Virus record (IMG/VR): IMGVR_UViG_3300021964_009400
DNA length: 64,000 bases
Direction: 5' to 3' (one strand)
Source: a virus
Taxonomy: Duplodnaviria > Caudoviricetes
Each line of letters starts with the position of its first letter. Positions within the stretch are counted from its first letter, which is position 1. Shown in pieces: positions 1-8,911 of the stretch. Both the position numbers and the translations under genes were made by a program. The notes under the pieces were generated by a model, which saw nothing but the letters and a program-made list of their open reading frames with translations, was not told the origin of the DNA and did no database searches.

Positions 1-411
1 ACAAATTTACTTAAAAAATTTAAAGCACCAAATATAATTGATGTACTTGCACTCGATATAGAAGGACATGAATTAAATGTATTAACAGAGTATTTTAAAA
101 ATTCAAAAATAAAAATAAATACTATTATTTTGGAATATGGTTCACCATCAGAAATACAAAACTTTTTCTTTGATAAACCTTATATTCAAATAAAAAATCC
201 ACTACTAGATTTTGCAAGAATTGATAGAAAAAGAGATGTAATTGTAACCTGGCAAAACAACGATTGGGTTGGGTTAGATAAAAAAGTATATTCTAATTTA
301 AAAGAAATAAATGATTTAGAAGAGGTAGATTGGGAATATTATTTTGTTCACATTGACCTTTTAAAAGAATATCCAAATTTAAAAAAACTAATAGTAACCA
401 CCAACTTATAA
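1..411 (+). CDS. FkbM-family SAM-dependent methyltransferase (5' partial)
   Basis: Frame 1 is open from base 1: TNLLKKFKAPNIIDVLALDIEGHELNVL carries the FkbM IDxLxxDIEGxE motif. The ORF track shows only 130-411. Confidence 0.75.
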   Translation, partial: TNLLKKFKAPNIIDVLALDIEGHELNVLTEYFKNSKIKINTIILEYGSPSEIQNFFFDKPYIQIKNPLLDFARIDRKRDVIVTWQNNDWVGLDKKVYSNLKEINDLEEVDWEYYFVHIDLLKEYPNLKKLIVTTNL

Positions 412-422
412 AATATACAATA

Positions 423-668
423 ATGAATATAGAACAATTAGTAAATGAGTATCCCAACGATATGGAACTTGGAAAAAAAGTAAGAGAATTATATCTTAAA
501 GGAATTAAATACAGAGAAGAACTTTCTGAAAAAATGAAAGATGCTAAAATCTTTGAATCACCTGATGGGGGTAAAACAGTTTATGTAAGAGGATGGGGAC
601 ATCCGATTTCTGAAAGAAAATTAGTAGAAAATACAAACCAATTAAATTTATTTAATGATGTTAATTAA
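423..668 (+). CDS. small hypothetical phage protein (YPNDxELGxxVR and FESPDGGKTVY motifs)
   Basis: 81-aa ORF in operon context; function unknown. Confidence 0.6.
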   Translation: MNIEQLVNEYPNDMELGKKVRELYLKGIKYREELSEKMKDAKIFESPDGGKTVYVRGWGHPISERKLVENTNQLNLFNDVN

Positions 669-1272
669 AGACCCAAGTAAACTTAAAAGAAAAATAGAAC
701 CATCTACTTTTACTAAAGAAGAAATAGAAGATATTTCTGTTAAGCTATTAAATGGTTTAAAAAAATATGGAGGTATCGGATTATCAGCAAATCAAATAGG
801 AATAGATAAAAGAGCCTGTGTAATCAATGTAAAAGACCCATTGGTACTCATAAACCCTCGTGTTGTTGAAGTATCGGATGATGCAGTTGCTTATGTAGAA
901 CAGTGTTTATCAATTCCCAAATCAATGCGTAAACCAGTTAAGACAGTAAGACATAAATCATTTACAGTTGAGTGTGATAATTTAGGAACAGTTATATTCT
1001 CACCTGATTCAGAAACAGGTACATGGAAAAATTCAGAAGAATTTTTTTCAGATGAGGGAATGTTAGAATCTGTTGTTGCTCAACACGAAATAGACCATCT
1101 TAACGGTGTTTTAATTACAGATTCTATAAGAAAATATACTGAAACTGTTGTTAGAAAAAAGAAGTATGGAAGAAACGAAAGAGTAATGGTTAAACTACCA
1201 AATGGTGAAACCGAATTTATGAAATACAAAAAAGCACAACCATTATTAACACAAGGAGCAGAAATCCTATAA
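655..1272 (+). CDS. def: peptide deformylase with C-terminal extension
   Basis: GIGLSANQ, EQCLS (variant of EGCLS) and QHEIDHLNG motifs. Confidence 0.92.
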   Translation: MMLIKDPSKLKRKIEPSTFTKEEIEDISVKLLNGLKKYGGIGLSANQIGIDKRACVINVKDPLVLINPRVVEVSDDAVAYVEQCLSIPKSMRKPVKTVRHKSFTVECDNLGTVIFSPDSETGTWKNSEEFFSDEGMLESVVAQHEIDHLNGVLITDSIRKYTETVVRKKKYGRNERVMVKLPNGETEFMKYKKAQPLLTQGAEIL

Positions 1273-1281
1273 AACGAAAAA

Positions 1282-1551
1282 ATGAGTAAACTTATATTTA
1301 CATATACAGATAAAGAGTTTGTAGAGGCAAACAGAGAAGCATCTAAAATAGAATTTGAAGTACCAGATGATATGAACATCAACGAGTACAAAATTGTTTG
1401 TGTTAGGTTAGCAGCAGCATTAGGTTATAGTGATAAATCAATCAAAAAATCCTTTGGTGATTTGGTTTTAGGAGATGAGAATATAAACGAATTAAAAGAT
1501 TTATTAAATGAACTTAACATCAAAAAAAATAATAAAGAGATTACAAAGTAA
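1282..1551 (+). CDS. hypothetical protein
   Basis: 89-aa ATG ORF closely following def. Confidence 0.6.
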   Translation: MSKLIFTYTDKEFVEANREASKIEFEVPDDMNINEYKIVCVRLAAALGYSDKSIKKSFGDLVLGDENINELKDLLNELNIKKNNKEITK

Positions 1552-1792
1552 ATTACTTACTCAAAGTTTAGTAACACAAAGTATCATGGATTTGCTTATA
1601 CAGAAAAATGTTTTCACAAAAAAAGAAATACTAAATAAAATAGATTTCAATGTAAAGTTATGGGAGAATGTAACGAAAGAAAACAAAGCTCTCCTTGAAA
1701 TGACTAATGATATACTAGAAGATACGCAAGAAAATGAAGATTTAGATGAGGAGTTTAGTGGGTTATACTATGGACCAACAGGTGAGTGTTAA
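1508..1792 (+). CDS. hypothetical protein, acidic C-terminus
   Basis: 94-aa ORF overlapping the previous gene; exact start uncertain. Confidence 0.55.
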   Translation: MNLTSKKIIKRLQSKLLTQSLVTQSIMDLLIQKNVFTKKEILNKIDFNVKLWENVTKENKALLEMTNDILEDTQENEDLDEEFSGLYYGPTGEC

Positions 1793-1808
1793 AAAAACTC
1801 CCTAAAAA

Positions 1809-1841
1809 TTTGGATATATCGAAAATTTTTCGTATATTTAC
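1809..1841 (+). promoter_or_regulatory. Bacteroidota-type sigma70 promoter (TTTG-N21-TATATTTA)
   Basis: TTTG at 1809-1812 and TATATTTA at 1834-1841; a near-identical copy lies at 27486. Confidence 0.6.
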
Positions 1842-1867
1842 ATAGTAAATCAAAAGGAGCAATCCCT

Positions 1868-2455
1868 ATGAGAAAACAAATATTAACGGTAGTAATTTCA
1901 ATGTTTGTAACATTGGGATTAGTTGGATTCACAGCCAACATTATATTACCAACAGTTCAGCCAGTAGCAGAGGTATTAGAACCTAAACCAGTTGAACTTA
2001 TAGAAATAGAAATAGAGCCTATTAAAATAGAAATAAATCAACACGATATGTTTCTTGAAGCAATAGGAATGAGAGAATCCTCAAACAGATACGATGTTGT
2101 AAATGGTTGGGGTTATATGGGAAAATACCAATTCGGTAAACGAACTCTCAAATCATTAGGATACGATGTATCAAAAGAACAATTTCTTAATTCACCTTAC
2201 TTACAAGAAAAAGCAATGTTAGATTTACTTTTACATAATAAAAAAATACTTCAGAAGTATATTGATAAATGGGAAGGTAAATCCATACATGGTAGAGAGA
2301 TTACCGAAAGTGGTATTCTTGCAGCTGCACACTTAGCAGGACCAGGTAATGTTAAAAGATTCTTAAAAAAAGGAAAAGAATTCAGAGATGGTAACGGTAC
2401 AAAATTAACTTCCTACCTTACACAATTTAGTGGATACAAATTAAACTTAGAATAA
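1868..2455 (+). CDS. lysozyme-like/transglycosylase with N-terminal membrane anchor
   Basis: Hydrophobic N-terminus; FLEAIGMRESSNRY (catalytic Glu), GKYQFG and AAAHLAG motifs. Confidence 0.75.
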   Translation: MRKQILTVVISMFVTLGLVGFTANIILPTVQPVAEVLEPKPVELIEIEIEPIKIEINQHDMFLEAIGMRESSNRYDVVNGWGYMGKYQFGKRTLKSLGYDVSKEQFLNSPYLQEKAMLDLLLHNKKILQKYIDKWEGKSIHGREITESGILAAAHLAGPGNVKRFLKKGKEFRDGNGTKLTSYLTQFSGYKLNLE

Positions 2456-2456
2456 T

Positions 2457-2732
2457 ATGTTAGAAATATTTACAACCTATAATATCATTATAGGAGTTTC
2501 AGTAATACTGAACATTGTCTTATTAATAGGTGTTAGAAACCTTTTAAGACAGAATGAACAACTTGAAGATAGATTTATAAATACGATAGATTCTACAAGA
2601 GAGCAAGTTTCAGCTGCTCTCAACAATATGAGAAAATTGGATAATAGAGAAGCTTTTGAAAAAGATGATGAAGTTGGAGTTACATTTGATGAGATAAAAA
2701 AAATAATAGAGAACCTTGATAACGAATTATAA
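2457..2732 (+). CDS. single-TM coiled-coil membrane protein (possible lysis accessory)
   Basis: One N-terminal TM helix followed by a coiled coil; lies directly after the lysozyme-like gene. Confidence 0.5.
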   Translation: MLEIFTTYNIIIGVSVILNIVLLIGVRNLLRQNEQLEDRFINTIDSTREQVSAALNNMRKLDNREAFEKDDEVGVTFDEIKKIIENLDNEL

Positions 2733-2733
2733 T

Positions 2734-3501
2734 ATGCCAAAGAAAAGAAGAAAAAAATCCAAAATATATTTCGGTACACCTGCGCAAGAAGCAATTATCG
2801 AATATAACAAATGTAAAGACCCGGTAGAGAGGTCTAAAATTTACGAGGAACGAATTAAATTTCCTTTTGAAAAATTGGCAGAGAATGTAATGAATACATT
2901 TAAATTTACTTATTTTGATGTGCCAAAAAAAGATGTTCAAATGGAAGTAGTTTCTGTTATGGTGGAAAAGATGCATATGTTTCAAGAAGGTAAAGGTAGG
3001 GCTTTTTCTTATTTTACTATTATTGCAAAGAACCATTTGATTTTAGCAAACAATGGTAATTACAAAAGATGGAAACAAAATTCTTTATTATCTCAAATGC
3101 CAGAAACCTGGAACCCTGAAAATGATTTTGTAAAAAAACAAGTAGATAATGAATTTAATGAATTTAAAAACATAATGTTAAAATATTGGGATAAAAACCT
3201 AAATATAGTATTTACAAAAAAAAGAGATTTACAGATTGCAGATTCTATACTTGAATTATTTAGAAGAAGTGAACATATAGAAAACTTTAATAAAAAGCAT
3301 TTATATCTACTTATAAGAGAGATGACTGATTGTAAAACTCATTACATCACCAAAGTTGTAAATGTAATGAAAAAACATCAGAAAAAACTTTTAAATGATT
3401 TTTTAGAATATGGAGAAATAATTGATGTAAAAAAATCTCCATTTTGGAAACAAGAAGAAGAGGTTGACGAAAATCCTTTTCTAGATAATGAATATTTGTA
3501 A
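2734..3501 (+). CDS. phage sigma factor, T4 gp55-like (late transcription)
   Basis: YFGTPAQEAIIEYN and FQEGKGRAFSYFTIIAKN resemble gp55-type sigma region 2. The ATG at 2734 is preferred over the track start at 2716. Confidence 0.65.
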   Translation: MPKKRRKKSKIYFGTPAQEAIIEYNKCKDPVERSKIYEERIKFPFEKLAENVMNTFKFTYFDVPKKDVQMEVVSVMVEKMHMFQEGKGRAFSYFTIIAKNHLILANNGNYKRWKQNSLLSQMPETWNPENDFVKKQVDNEFNEFKNIMLKYWDKNLNIVFTKKRDLQIADSILELFRRSEHIENFNKKHLYLLIREMTDCKTHYITKVVNVMKKHQKKLLNDFLEYGEIIDVKKSPFWKQEEEVDENPFLDNEYL

Positions 3502-5216
3502 TGAGTTATATTTTAGGAATAAGTTGTGGATATCATGATAGTGCAGCTGCATTAATTAAGGATGGAAAAGTTCTAGGTGCGTGTGAAGAAGAAAGATTTA
3601 CAGGCATCAAACACGATTATTCGTTTCCAAGTAACACTATTAATTGGTTACTAAAAACATATAATGTAGATAACGAAAGTATAAATGCAATATGTTTTTA
3701 TGAAATACCCAAACAAAAATTAGATAGAATAGAAGTTAGTACAAAAAAGAAACCTAAAAAATGGTATGATTTTTTTTCAAGTAAAGAAAATAAAATTTTA
3801 ACTAGAAATCAAGAATCATATGAAGTATTAAAAAAACAAATAAAAAATATTGCTGGTAAAAATACCAAAATATATTATACTGACCATCATCAATCCCATT
3901 TAGCATATTCATACTACACTTCAGAATTTCAAGATGCAGCAATTTTATCAGTAGATGGTGTGGGTGAATGGGAAACCACTTGCTTTGCACAAGGACATAA
4001 AAACAAAATCAAGAAATTACATAGTATAAACTTTCCACATTCATTAGGAATGTTATATTCTACCTTCACTGCCTTTCTTGGTTTCAAACCAAACGAAGGT
4101 GAATATAAAGTTATGGGATTAGCCCCATATGGCGATAACCAAAAGTATTTAAAAGAATTTAAACAACTATATAAAGTAAATTCAGAAGATGGTACATTCG
4201 AATTAAATATGGATTACTTTACTTATGAATATGATGATAAAAGTATGTTTAATGAAAAACTTGGAAAGTTATTTAAGATACCAAATAGATTGCCTGAAGA
4301 TGAATTAACCCAAGACCATAAAGATATTGCAGCTTGTCTACAAACTATATATGAGTTTTTATTTTTTAAATTATTAAATTCATTATATAAAAAAACCAAA
4401 TCAGAAAATCTTTGTTTAAGTGGTGGTTGTGCATATAATGGAACTGCTAATGGTAAAATTTTAACAAAAACAAAATTTAAAAAATTATACATACCACCAG
4501 CACCATCAGATGCAGGTTCTGCAATTGGTTGTGCATTAGATTATCATTATAAATCAAATGAAACAAGAGTATTAAACAACAATCCATATCTTGGTCCAAG
4601 TTATAATAAAGAAGAAATTTTGACTGCAATAGAAAAATATAAAGATGTTATATGGATAGAAACAAAATTATATGAACAAATTATTCCTGTTATAGCAAAA
4701 GAAATTAAAGAAGGAAATGTAGTTGGTTGGTTTCAAGGAAGAATGGAGTTTGGTGCTAGAGCATTGGGTAATCGTTCTATACTTGCGAATCCAAGAGACC
4801 CTCAAATGAAATCTCGATTAAATAAAATGATTAAAAAGAGAGAAGGGTTTAGACCTTTTGCTCCTATTGTAATAGAAGAACAATCTACATCTTATTTTAA
4901 ATATGATGATAAAGTTCCTTATATGAATCAAGTTGTAAAAGTAAAATCAGAACACATAGAAAACTTACCAGCCATAACTCATATTGATTCATCTGCAAGA
5001 ATACAAACTTTAAATAAACAACAACACAGATATATATATTCTTTATTACAAAGTTTAGAAGAAATAAATGGATATCCAATTGTTATTAACACTTCATTTA
5101 ATTTAAAAGACCAAACAATGGTTCTTACACCAGAAGATGCAATTAAAACATTTTTAAATTGTGAAATGGATATTCTAGTTCTTCACAATAATATTTTAAG
5201 AAAGAAAATCATTTAA
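3501..5216 (+). CDS. carbamoyltransferase (NodU/CmcH/TobZ family)
   Basis: YHDSAAAL, EEERF, HHQSH, DGVGE, GEYKVMGLAPYG, LSGGCAYN, EFGARALGNRS, REGFRPFAP and NTSFN motifs. Confidence 0.93.
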   Translation: MSYILGISCGYHDSAAALIKDGKVLGACEEERFTGIKHDYSFPSNTINWLLKTYNVDNESINAICFYEIPKQKLDRIEVSTKKKPKKWYDFFSSKENKILTRNQESYEVLKKQIKNIAGKNTKIYYTDHHQSHLAYSYYTSEFQDAAILSVDGVGEWETTCFAQGHKNKIKKLHSINFPHSLGMLYSTFTAFLGFKPNEGEYKVMGLAPYGDNQKYLKEFKQLYKVNSEDGTFELNMDYFTYEYDDKSMFNEKLGKLFKIPNRLPEDELTQDHKDIAACLQTIYEFLFFKLLNSLYKKTKSENLCLSGGCAYNGTANGKILTKTKFKKLYIPPAPSDAGSAIGCALDYHYKSNETRVLNNNPYLGPSYNKEEILTAIEKYKDVIWIETKLYEQIIPVIAKEIKEGNVVGWFQGRMEFGARALGNRSILANPRDPQMKSRLNKMIKKREGFRPFAPIVIEEQSTSYFKYDDKVPYMNQVVKVKSEHIENLPAITHIDSSARIQTLNKQQHRYIYSLLQSLEEINGYPIVINTSFNLKDQTMVLTPEDAIKTFLNCEMDILVLHNNILRKKII

Positions 5217-5257
5217 CCTTTCCATAATATTTACTTAACAATTTCTTAACATTGGTA

Positions 5258-5265
5258 TATTTATA
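5258..5265 (+). promoter_or_regulatory. TATTTATA phage promoter motif (first of ~14 intergenic copies)
   Basis: Also at 5768, 6157, 6936, 7162, 10387, 22654, 22695, 24657, 25836, 32953, 32976, 42542, 44201 and 58733, and on the minus strand at 32957-32964. Confidence 0.7.
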
Positions 5266-5279
5266 CTAAAGGAGGAATT

Positions 5280-5657
5280 ATGAATGAACAATTATTCAAA
5301 GTAAAGGTTGTTCAAATAATAGCAATCCTATTATTTTCTCTGTGTACCATTCCACTCTTTGGACAACAAACCAAAGTTATTACACAGATAGATAACAATC
5401 TTTACGAGTATAGAGCATTCAACGAAGATGGTTCTATACACCAAAAAGGAACATACATCAAAACCGAAGATGGTAAATTATTAGTCCACTCTTATTGGAG
5501 TGATGATGTAGGTACTAAAGCTCTCTATAACAAAGGAAAGTTAGTATGGATTAAACCAAAAGGACATTCTCGTTATACTTATAAAGAGATAGAGTACGAA
5601 CAAATGAAGGCTCGTATTAGAGACTTAGAAAATAAACTGGCAATATTAAAGCCCTAA
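5280..5657 (+). CDS. exported protein with Sec signal peptide
   Basis: Hydrophobic leader ending LFG|QQ; strong AAGGAGG upstream; has its own promoter and terminator. Confidence 0.65.
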   Translation: MNEQLFKVKVVQIIAILLFSLCTIPLFGQQTKVITQIDNNLYEYRAFNEDGSIHQKGTYIKTEDGKLLVHSYWSDDVGTKALYNKGKLVWIKPKGHSRYTYKEIEYEQMKARIRDLENKLAILKP

Positions 5658-5686
5658 TCGTAATTCAAAGTGATTAGTAAAGTTTC

Positions 5687-5713
5687 AACCCCACAATTAG
5701 TGGGGTTTTTTTT
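5687..5713 (+). terminator. Rho-independent terminator
   Basis: AACCCCAC-AATTA-GTGGGGTT followed by a T-tract. Confidence 0.88.
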
Positions 5714-5860
5714 ATTGACACCCAATATTGTTTACCTATTGGGTGTGAAAATCAAAAACATACTTTTTATTTTATATATATTATAGTTATTCGTGGACAA
5801 GTCCAATGTTTTGGAATATGAAAAAGTTATTATTCTTAATTAAAACAAAGGAGAAACAAT

Positions 5861-6091
5861 ATGGATTTTTTAAAGAAAATCGGCTCTTGGGCTGATGAAT
5901 TAACAAAAATCGGTATTAGTATCGTTGCCTTGGGAGTTGTACTAGAAGTATTATTCAAGGGTACAAACATTCCATTCTGGCCAGAAGTATCAGTAGTTGA
6001 TAACATTATGGGCATTTTAGGAAGTTTGAGTGCTGAAGGTCTGTTAGGACTGGTTGGTGCTTTCGTACTTTACCATATTATTAAGAAGTAA
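5861..6091 (+). CDS. small two-TM membrane protein
   Basis: Two hydrophobic helices; AAAGGAG RBS; has its own promoter and terminator. Confidence 0.75.
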   Translation: MDFLKKIGSWADELTKIGISIVALGVVLEVLFKGTNIPFWPEVSVVDNIMGILGSLSAEGLLGLVGAFVLYHIIKK

Positions 6092-6126
6092 GATTTACTT
6101 ATTAATATTCAAAACGCGTTAAGAAA

Positions 6127-6155
6127 AAAACCCCTTACAGAAATGTAGGGGTTTT
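6127..6155 (+). terminator. Rho-independent terminator (possibly bidirectional)
   Basis: AAAACCCC-T-TACA-GAAA-TGTA-GGGGTTTT with an upstream A-tract. Confidence 0.75.
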
Positions 6156-6167
6156 ATATTTATATAT

Positions 6168-6935
6168 ATGATATTAGATAGAGAATTATTATTAAAACAA
6201 GGGTTTCTACATTTTAATTTAAAAGAAATAGATGAGGAACTGTATAATAAATTATACACAGAGTTTAATCAAAAGCCAATTAGTACTAAAAATTGGAGCT
6301 TTCGATATGAAAAGAAACTCTATGTAGAATCTGAAACAGAGATACGAGATACGATATCGAAACTTACTGAAAACTGTGAAAGAGCAAGATTTAGTATAGA
6401 TGAACCAATACCTCCTCGTAGCGCAATGATACGACTTTTGATTGAAGAAGAAGATTTTGATAAATTACATTCTATACAAAAACAATTAGATAGTTACAAA
6501 TCTTTCAACAATGGTCAAAATTGGTATTTCAAAAATAAAATTCCATTTAATAGAAAAATTCTTAAAGAAGTTTTCGATAAAACAATTATAACAGATTTAT
6601 ACAATGAAAATATAATAGATAAAACTAAGTATTCCGAGTTTGAACATATATATCGTGAAACTGATTTTACACTATATGTAAAAAATAATTTTATTGAAGA
6701 GCATGCAGATGCAGAAGATAGTGGAAGGTTGTGTGTATTTTTAATGTATTTATCTGATGATTACAAAGATGGATATGGTGGGGAAATCGTAATTAATAAA
6801 TCTGTTAAAATTACTCCTGAATTTGGTAACATTGTTATTTTGGATTTTACAAAACATAATTTAAACCACGAAGTATTAGCAGTAACAGAACCAGATTTTA
6901 AACGATACGCTATTATCAATTTTTTATACCAATAA
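6168..6935 (+). CDS. 2OG-Fe(II) oxygenase (prolyl-hydroxylase-like)
   Basis: HAD...H(EV)...R triad: EEHADAED, LMYLSDDY..GYGGEI, NHEV, KRYA. Confidence 0.82.
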   Translation: MILDRELLLKQGFLHFNLKEIDEELYNKLYTEFNQKPISTKNWSFRYEKKLYVESETEIRDTISKLTENCERARFSIDEPIPPRSAMIRLLIEEEDFDKLHSIQKQLDSYKSFNNGQNWYFKNKIPFNRKILKEVFDKTIITDLYNENIIDKTKYSEFEHIYRETDFTLYVKNNFIEEHADAEDSGRLCVFLMYLSDDYKDGYGGEIVINKSVKITPEFGNIVILDFTKHNLNHEVLAVTEPDFKRYAIINFLYQ

Positions 6936-6943
6936 TATTTATA

Positions 6944-7127
6944 TGTAGACCGTGTGGACTGGTCTTTACAATACAGTCGCGGGTGGAGTGAACGCATCCG
7001 AAACAATCGTTGCATATGTTGAACCTTTAAAAGAAAGGATTGATATGAGCGATGAATATTTAATGGCACTTGAACCAAACCAAGGTCATCTCCAGGCTCT
7101 CTCGAAGGACACGGAAGAATAGAGATT
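6944..7127 (+). ncRNA. candidate structured ncRNA (unassigned family)
   Basis: GC-richer island between a TATTTATA motif and a terminator; ends pair (CCGTGT 6950-55 with ACACGG 7109-14) and there are three internal hairpins. Confidence 0.6.
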
Positions 7128-7153
7128 AAACCTCTCTTCGGAGAGGTTTTTTT
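7128..7153 (+). terminator. Rho-independent terminator with UUCG loop
   Basis: AAACCTCTC-TTCG-GAGAGGTTT followed by a T-tract. Confidence 0.92.
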
Positions 7154-7191
7154 ATTTACTATATTTATATACAAGAAAATATGGTATAATC

Positions 7192-7602
7192 ATGAGTACA
7201 AATTTTGAATTATTTCCTGGCAAAAACTTAAGTGGGTTGTTTGAGGATATCTATGAAAACCAACAAACAAAAAAACAAAGAATATCAGAACTAATTGCTG
7301 AAATGAAAAAGGTAATCAGACATTCTGGTGATATGGCAGTAATAGGACCCATTATAAAAGATTTAGTTGATACTTCGGTAAGAAATGATGAAACATTAAT
7401 CAAAATGGCAGCAATAGCACAAAGAATGATTGCATCAAAAGATAAATCAGAAGGAGATACTGGTTTCCTTACTGATAAAGAAAAAGAACAATTACTACAA
7501 CAGTTAGAAGAAACTGTTTACGAAGTAGAAACTGAAAAAACAAAGGTTGATGATTTAACAAACGAAGTTGAAGAATTAAAACAAAAAGTAAATAATGAAT
7601 AG
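7192..7602 (+). CDS. hypothetical helical phage protein
   Basis: 136-aa ORF downstream of a TATTTATA motif. Confidence 0.7.
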   Translation: MSTNFELFPGKNLSGLFEDIYENQQTKKQRISELIAEMKKVIRHSGDMAVIGPIIKDLVDTSVRNDETLIKMAAIAQRMIASKDKSEGDTGFLTDKEKEQLLQQLEETVYEVETEKTKVDDLTNEVEELKQKVNNE

Positions 7603-8908
7603 AGGAGTAGGTGCATCAGTAACCATACAAAATACAAGTCAAAGAGGAGCATTTGATGTATCTTCAAAAAGCGGTATTGTTTTAGATATAGTTTATAATG
7701 ATGCCCACCCTAAAATAGAAGAAATAGAAGCAAACAGTATTCCAGAAACTGTTGATAAAAGACGAGTTGATTTTTTATATTACGCAAAGGTAAGAAAGGA
7801 TTCTGATGTATCGAGTAAATTAAGCGATGGACAATGGATACCACCACATAGTTATACTGATTTGGATTTACCAGTCAAAGGAGAACGAGTGCATCTAATT
7901 GATGTACAAGGTAGACAGTGTTATAAAAGAATAGGAAGTTTTGATTTAAATTTAGGAAATTTTGACCCAAATGGTTTAATAGCATCAAATCCAGTCGTAG
8001 ATATAAGAGAAAGAAATAAAAAAAATAAATACAAAGAAGTATCAAAGAGTGGTACACCGACCTCCAAATCTCAAGGTAGTGATGAATCACAATTACAAAA
8101 TAATTTTATTAAACCCCAACAAATAAATCCACTAAAAGTATTTGAAGGAGATAAAGTAATTCAATCACGATTTGGTCAATCAATTAGATTTAGTGCTCAT
8201 TATAATAATACACAAGAGTTTTCTCCAACTATTGTAATCAGAAATAGACAAGGAAATAAACAAACTTCTGAATTATTAGAAAAAACTCCAACACTAGAAG
8301 ATTTTAAAGATGATGGTTCTATTATTGCATTAACAAGTAATAATCAAAAACTTCCATATACAAAAGATTTTTTAGATGCACAAGTAACTGCATTTGGTGG
8401 GGGATATACTGATGGTGGAGAGTTTGAGGAAAGTACATATCCTGCAGAATTTACTGGCGATAACATCTTAATTAAAAGTTCAAGAATAGCACTTGCATCA
8501 CAAGAAGGAGAAATGATATTTTTATCTAAAGGAAACTATGGATTTATTTCTGATGGTTTATTTACTATTGATAATTTTAATCCTAATGCTCAAGAAGATG
8601 AAAAGGGTGGTGGTGGTGCACTTTTAAATTTTGGTGGAGATGTTGTAATAAAAACCAATGGTGATGATATAAAGTTATTAGGAGATGATGCAGGATTGGT
8701 TTATATTAATACATTAAATCAAGATGAACCAATTGTAAAAGGTAATACATTATTAGACCTATTAACAGAACTAATAAATTTAATCAACGCACAACAATAT
8801 CAAACACCATCTGGTCCTAGTGCATTAGGACCTGATAACAGAGAGGATTTTAACAAGTTACGAGATAGGTTAAATGCTTTCTTATCAGAAAAAAACTTTA
8901 CGGAGTAA
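7595..8908 (+). CDS. baseplate hub/central spike protein (gp5/Vgr-like)
   Basis: OB-fold-like PVKGERV; FEGDKVIQSRFGQSIRF; C-terminal PIVKGNTL...TPSGPS; sits upstream of gp25 and gp6. Confidence 0.65.
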   Translation: MNRGVGASVTIQNTSQRGAFDVSSKSGIVLDIVYNDAHPKIEEIEANSIPETVDKRRVDFLYYAKVRKDSDVSSKLSDGQWIPPHSYTDLDLPVKGERVHLIDVQGRQCYKRIGSFDLNLGNFDPNGLIASNPVVDIRERNKKNKYKEVSKSGTPTSKSQGSDESQLQNNFIKPQQINPLKVFEGDKVIQSRFGQSIRFSAHYNNTQEFSPTIVIRNRQGNKQTSELLEKTPTLEDFKDDGSIIALTSNNQKLPYTKDFLDAQVTAFGGGYTDGGEFEESTYPAEFTGDNILIKSSRIALASQEGEMIFLSKGNYGFISDGLFTIDNFNPNAQEDEKGGGGALLNFGGDVVIKTNGDDIKLLGDDAGLVYINTLNQDEPIVKGNTLLDLLTELINLINAQQYQTPSGPSALGPDNREDFNKLRDRLNAFLSEKNFTE

Positions 8909-8911
8909 ACA

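Noticed and set aside
6943-7122. ATG-TAG followed by an open frame, suggesting amber readthrough or recoding
   Set aside because: TAG acts as a normal stop elsewhere (10990, 22653, 40297), long genes are intact in code 11, and the region is better explained as structured RNA.
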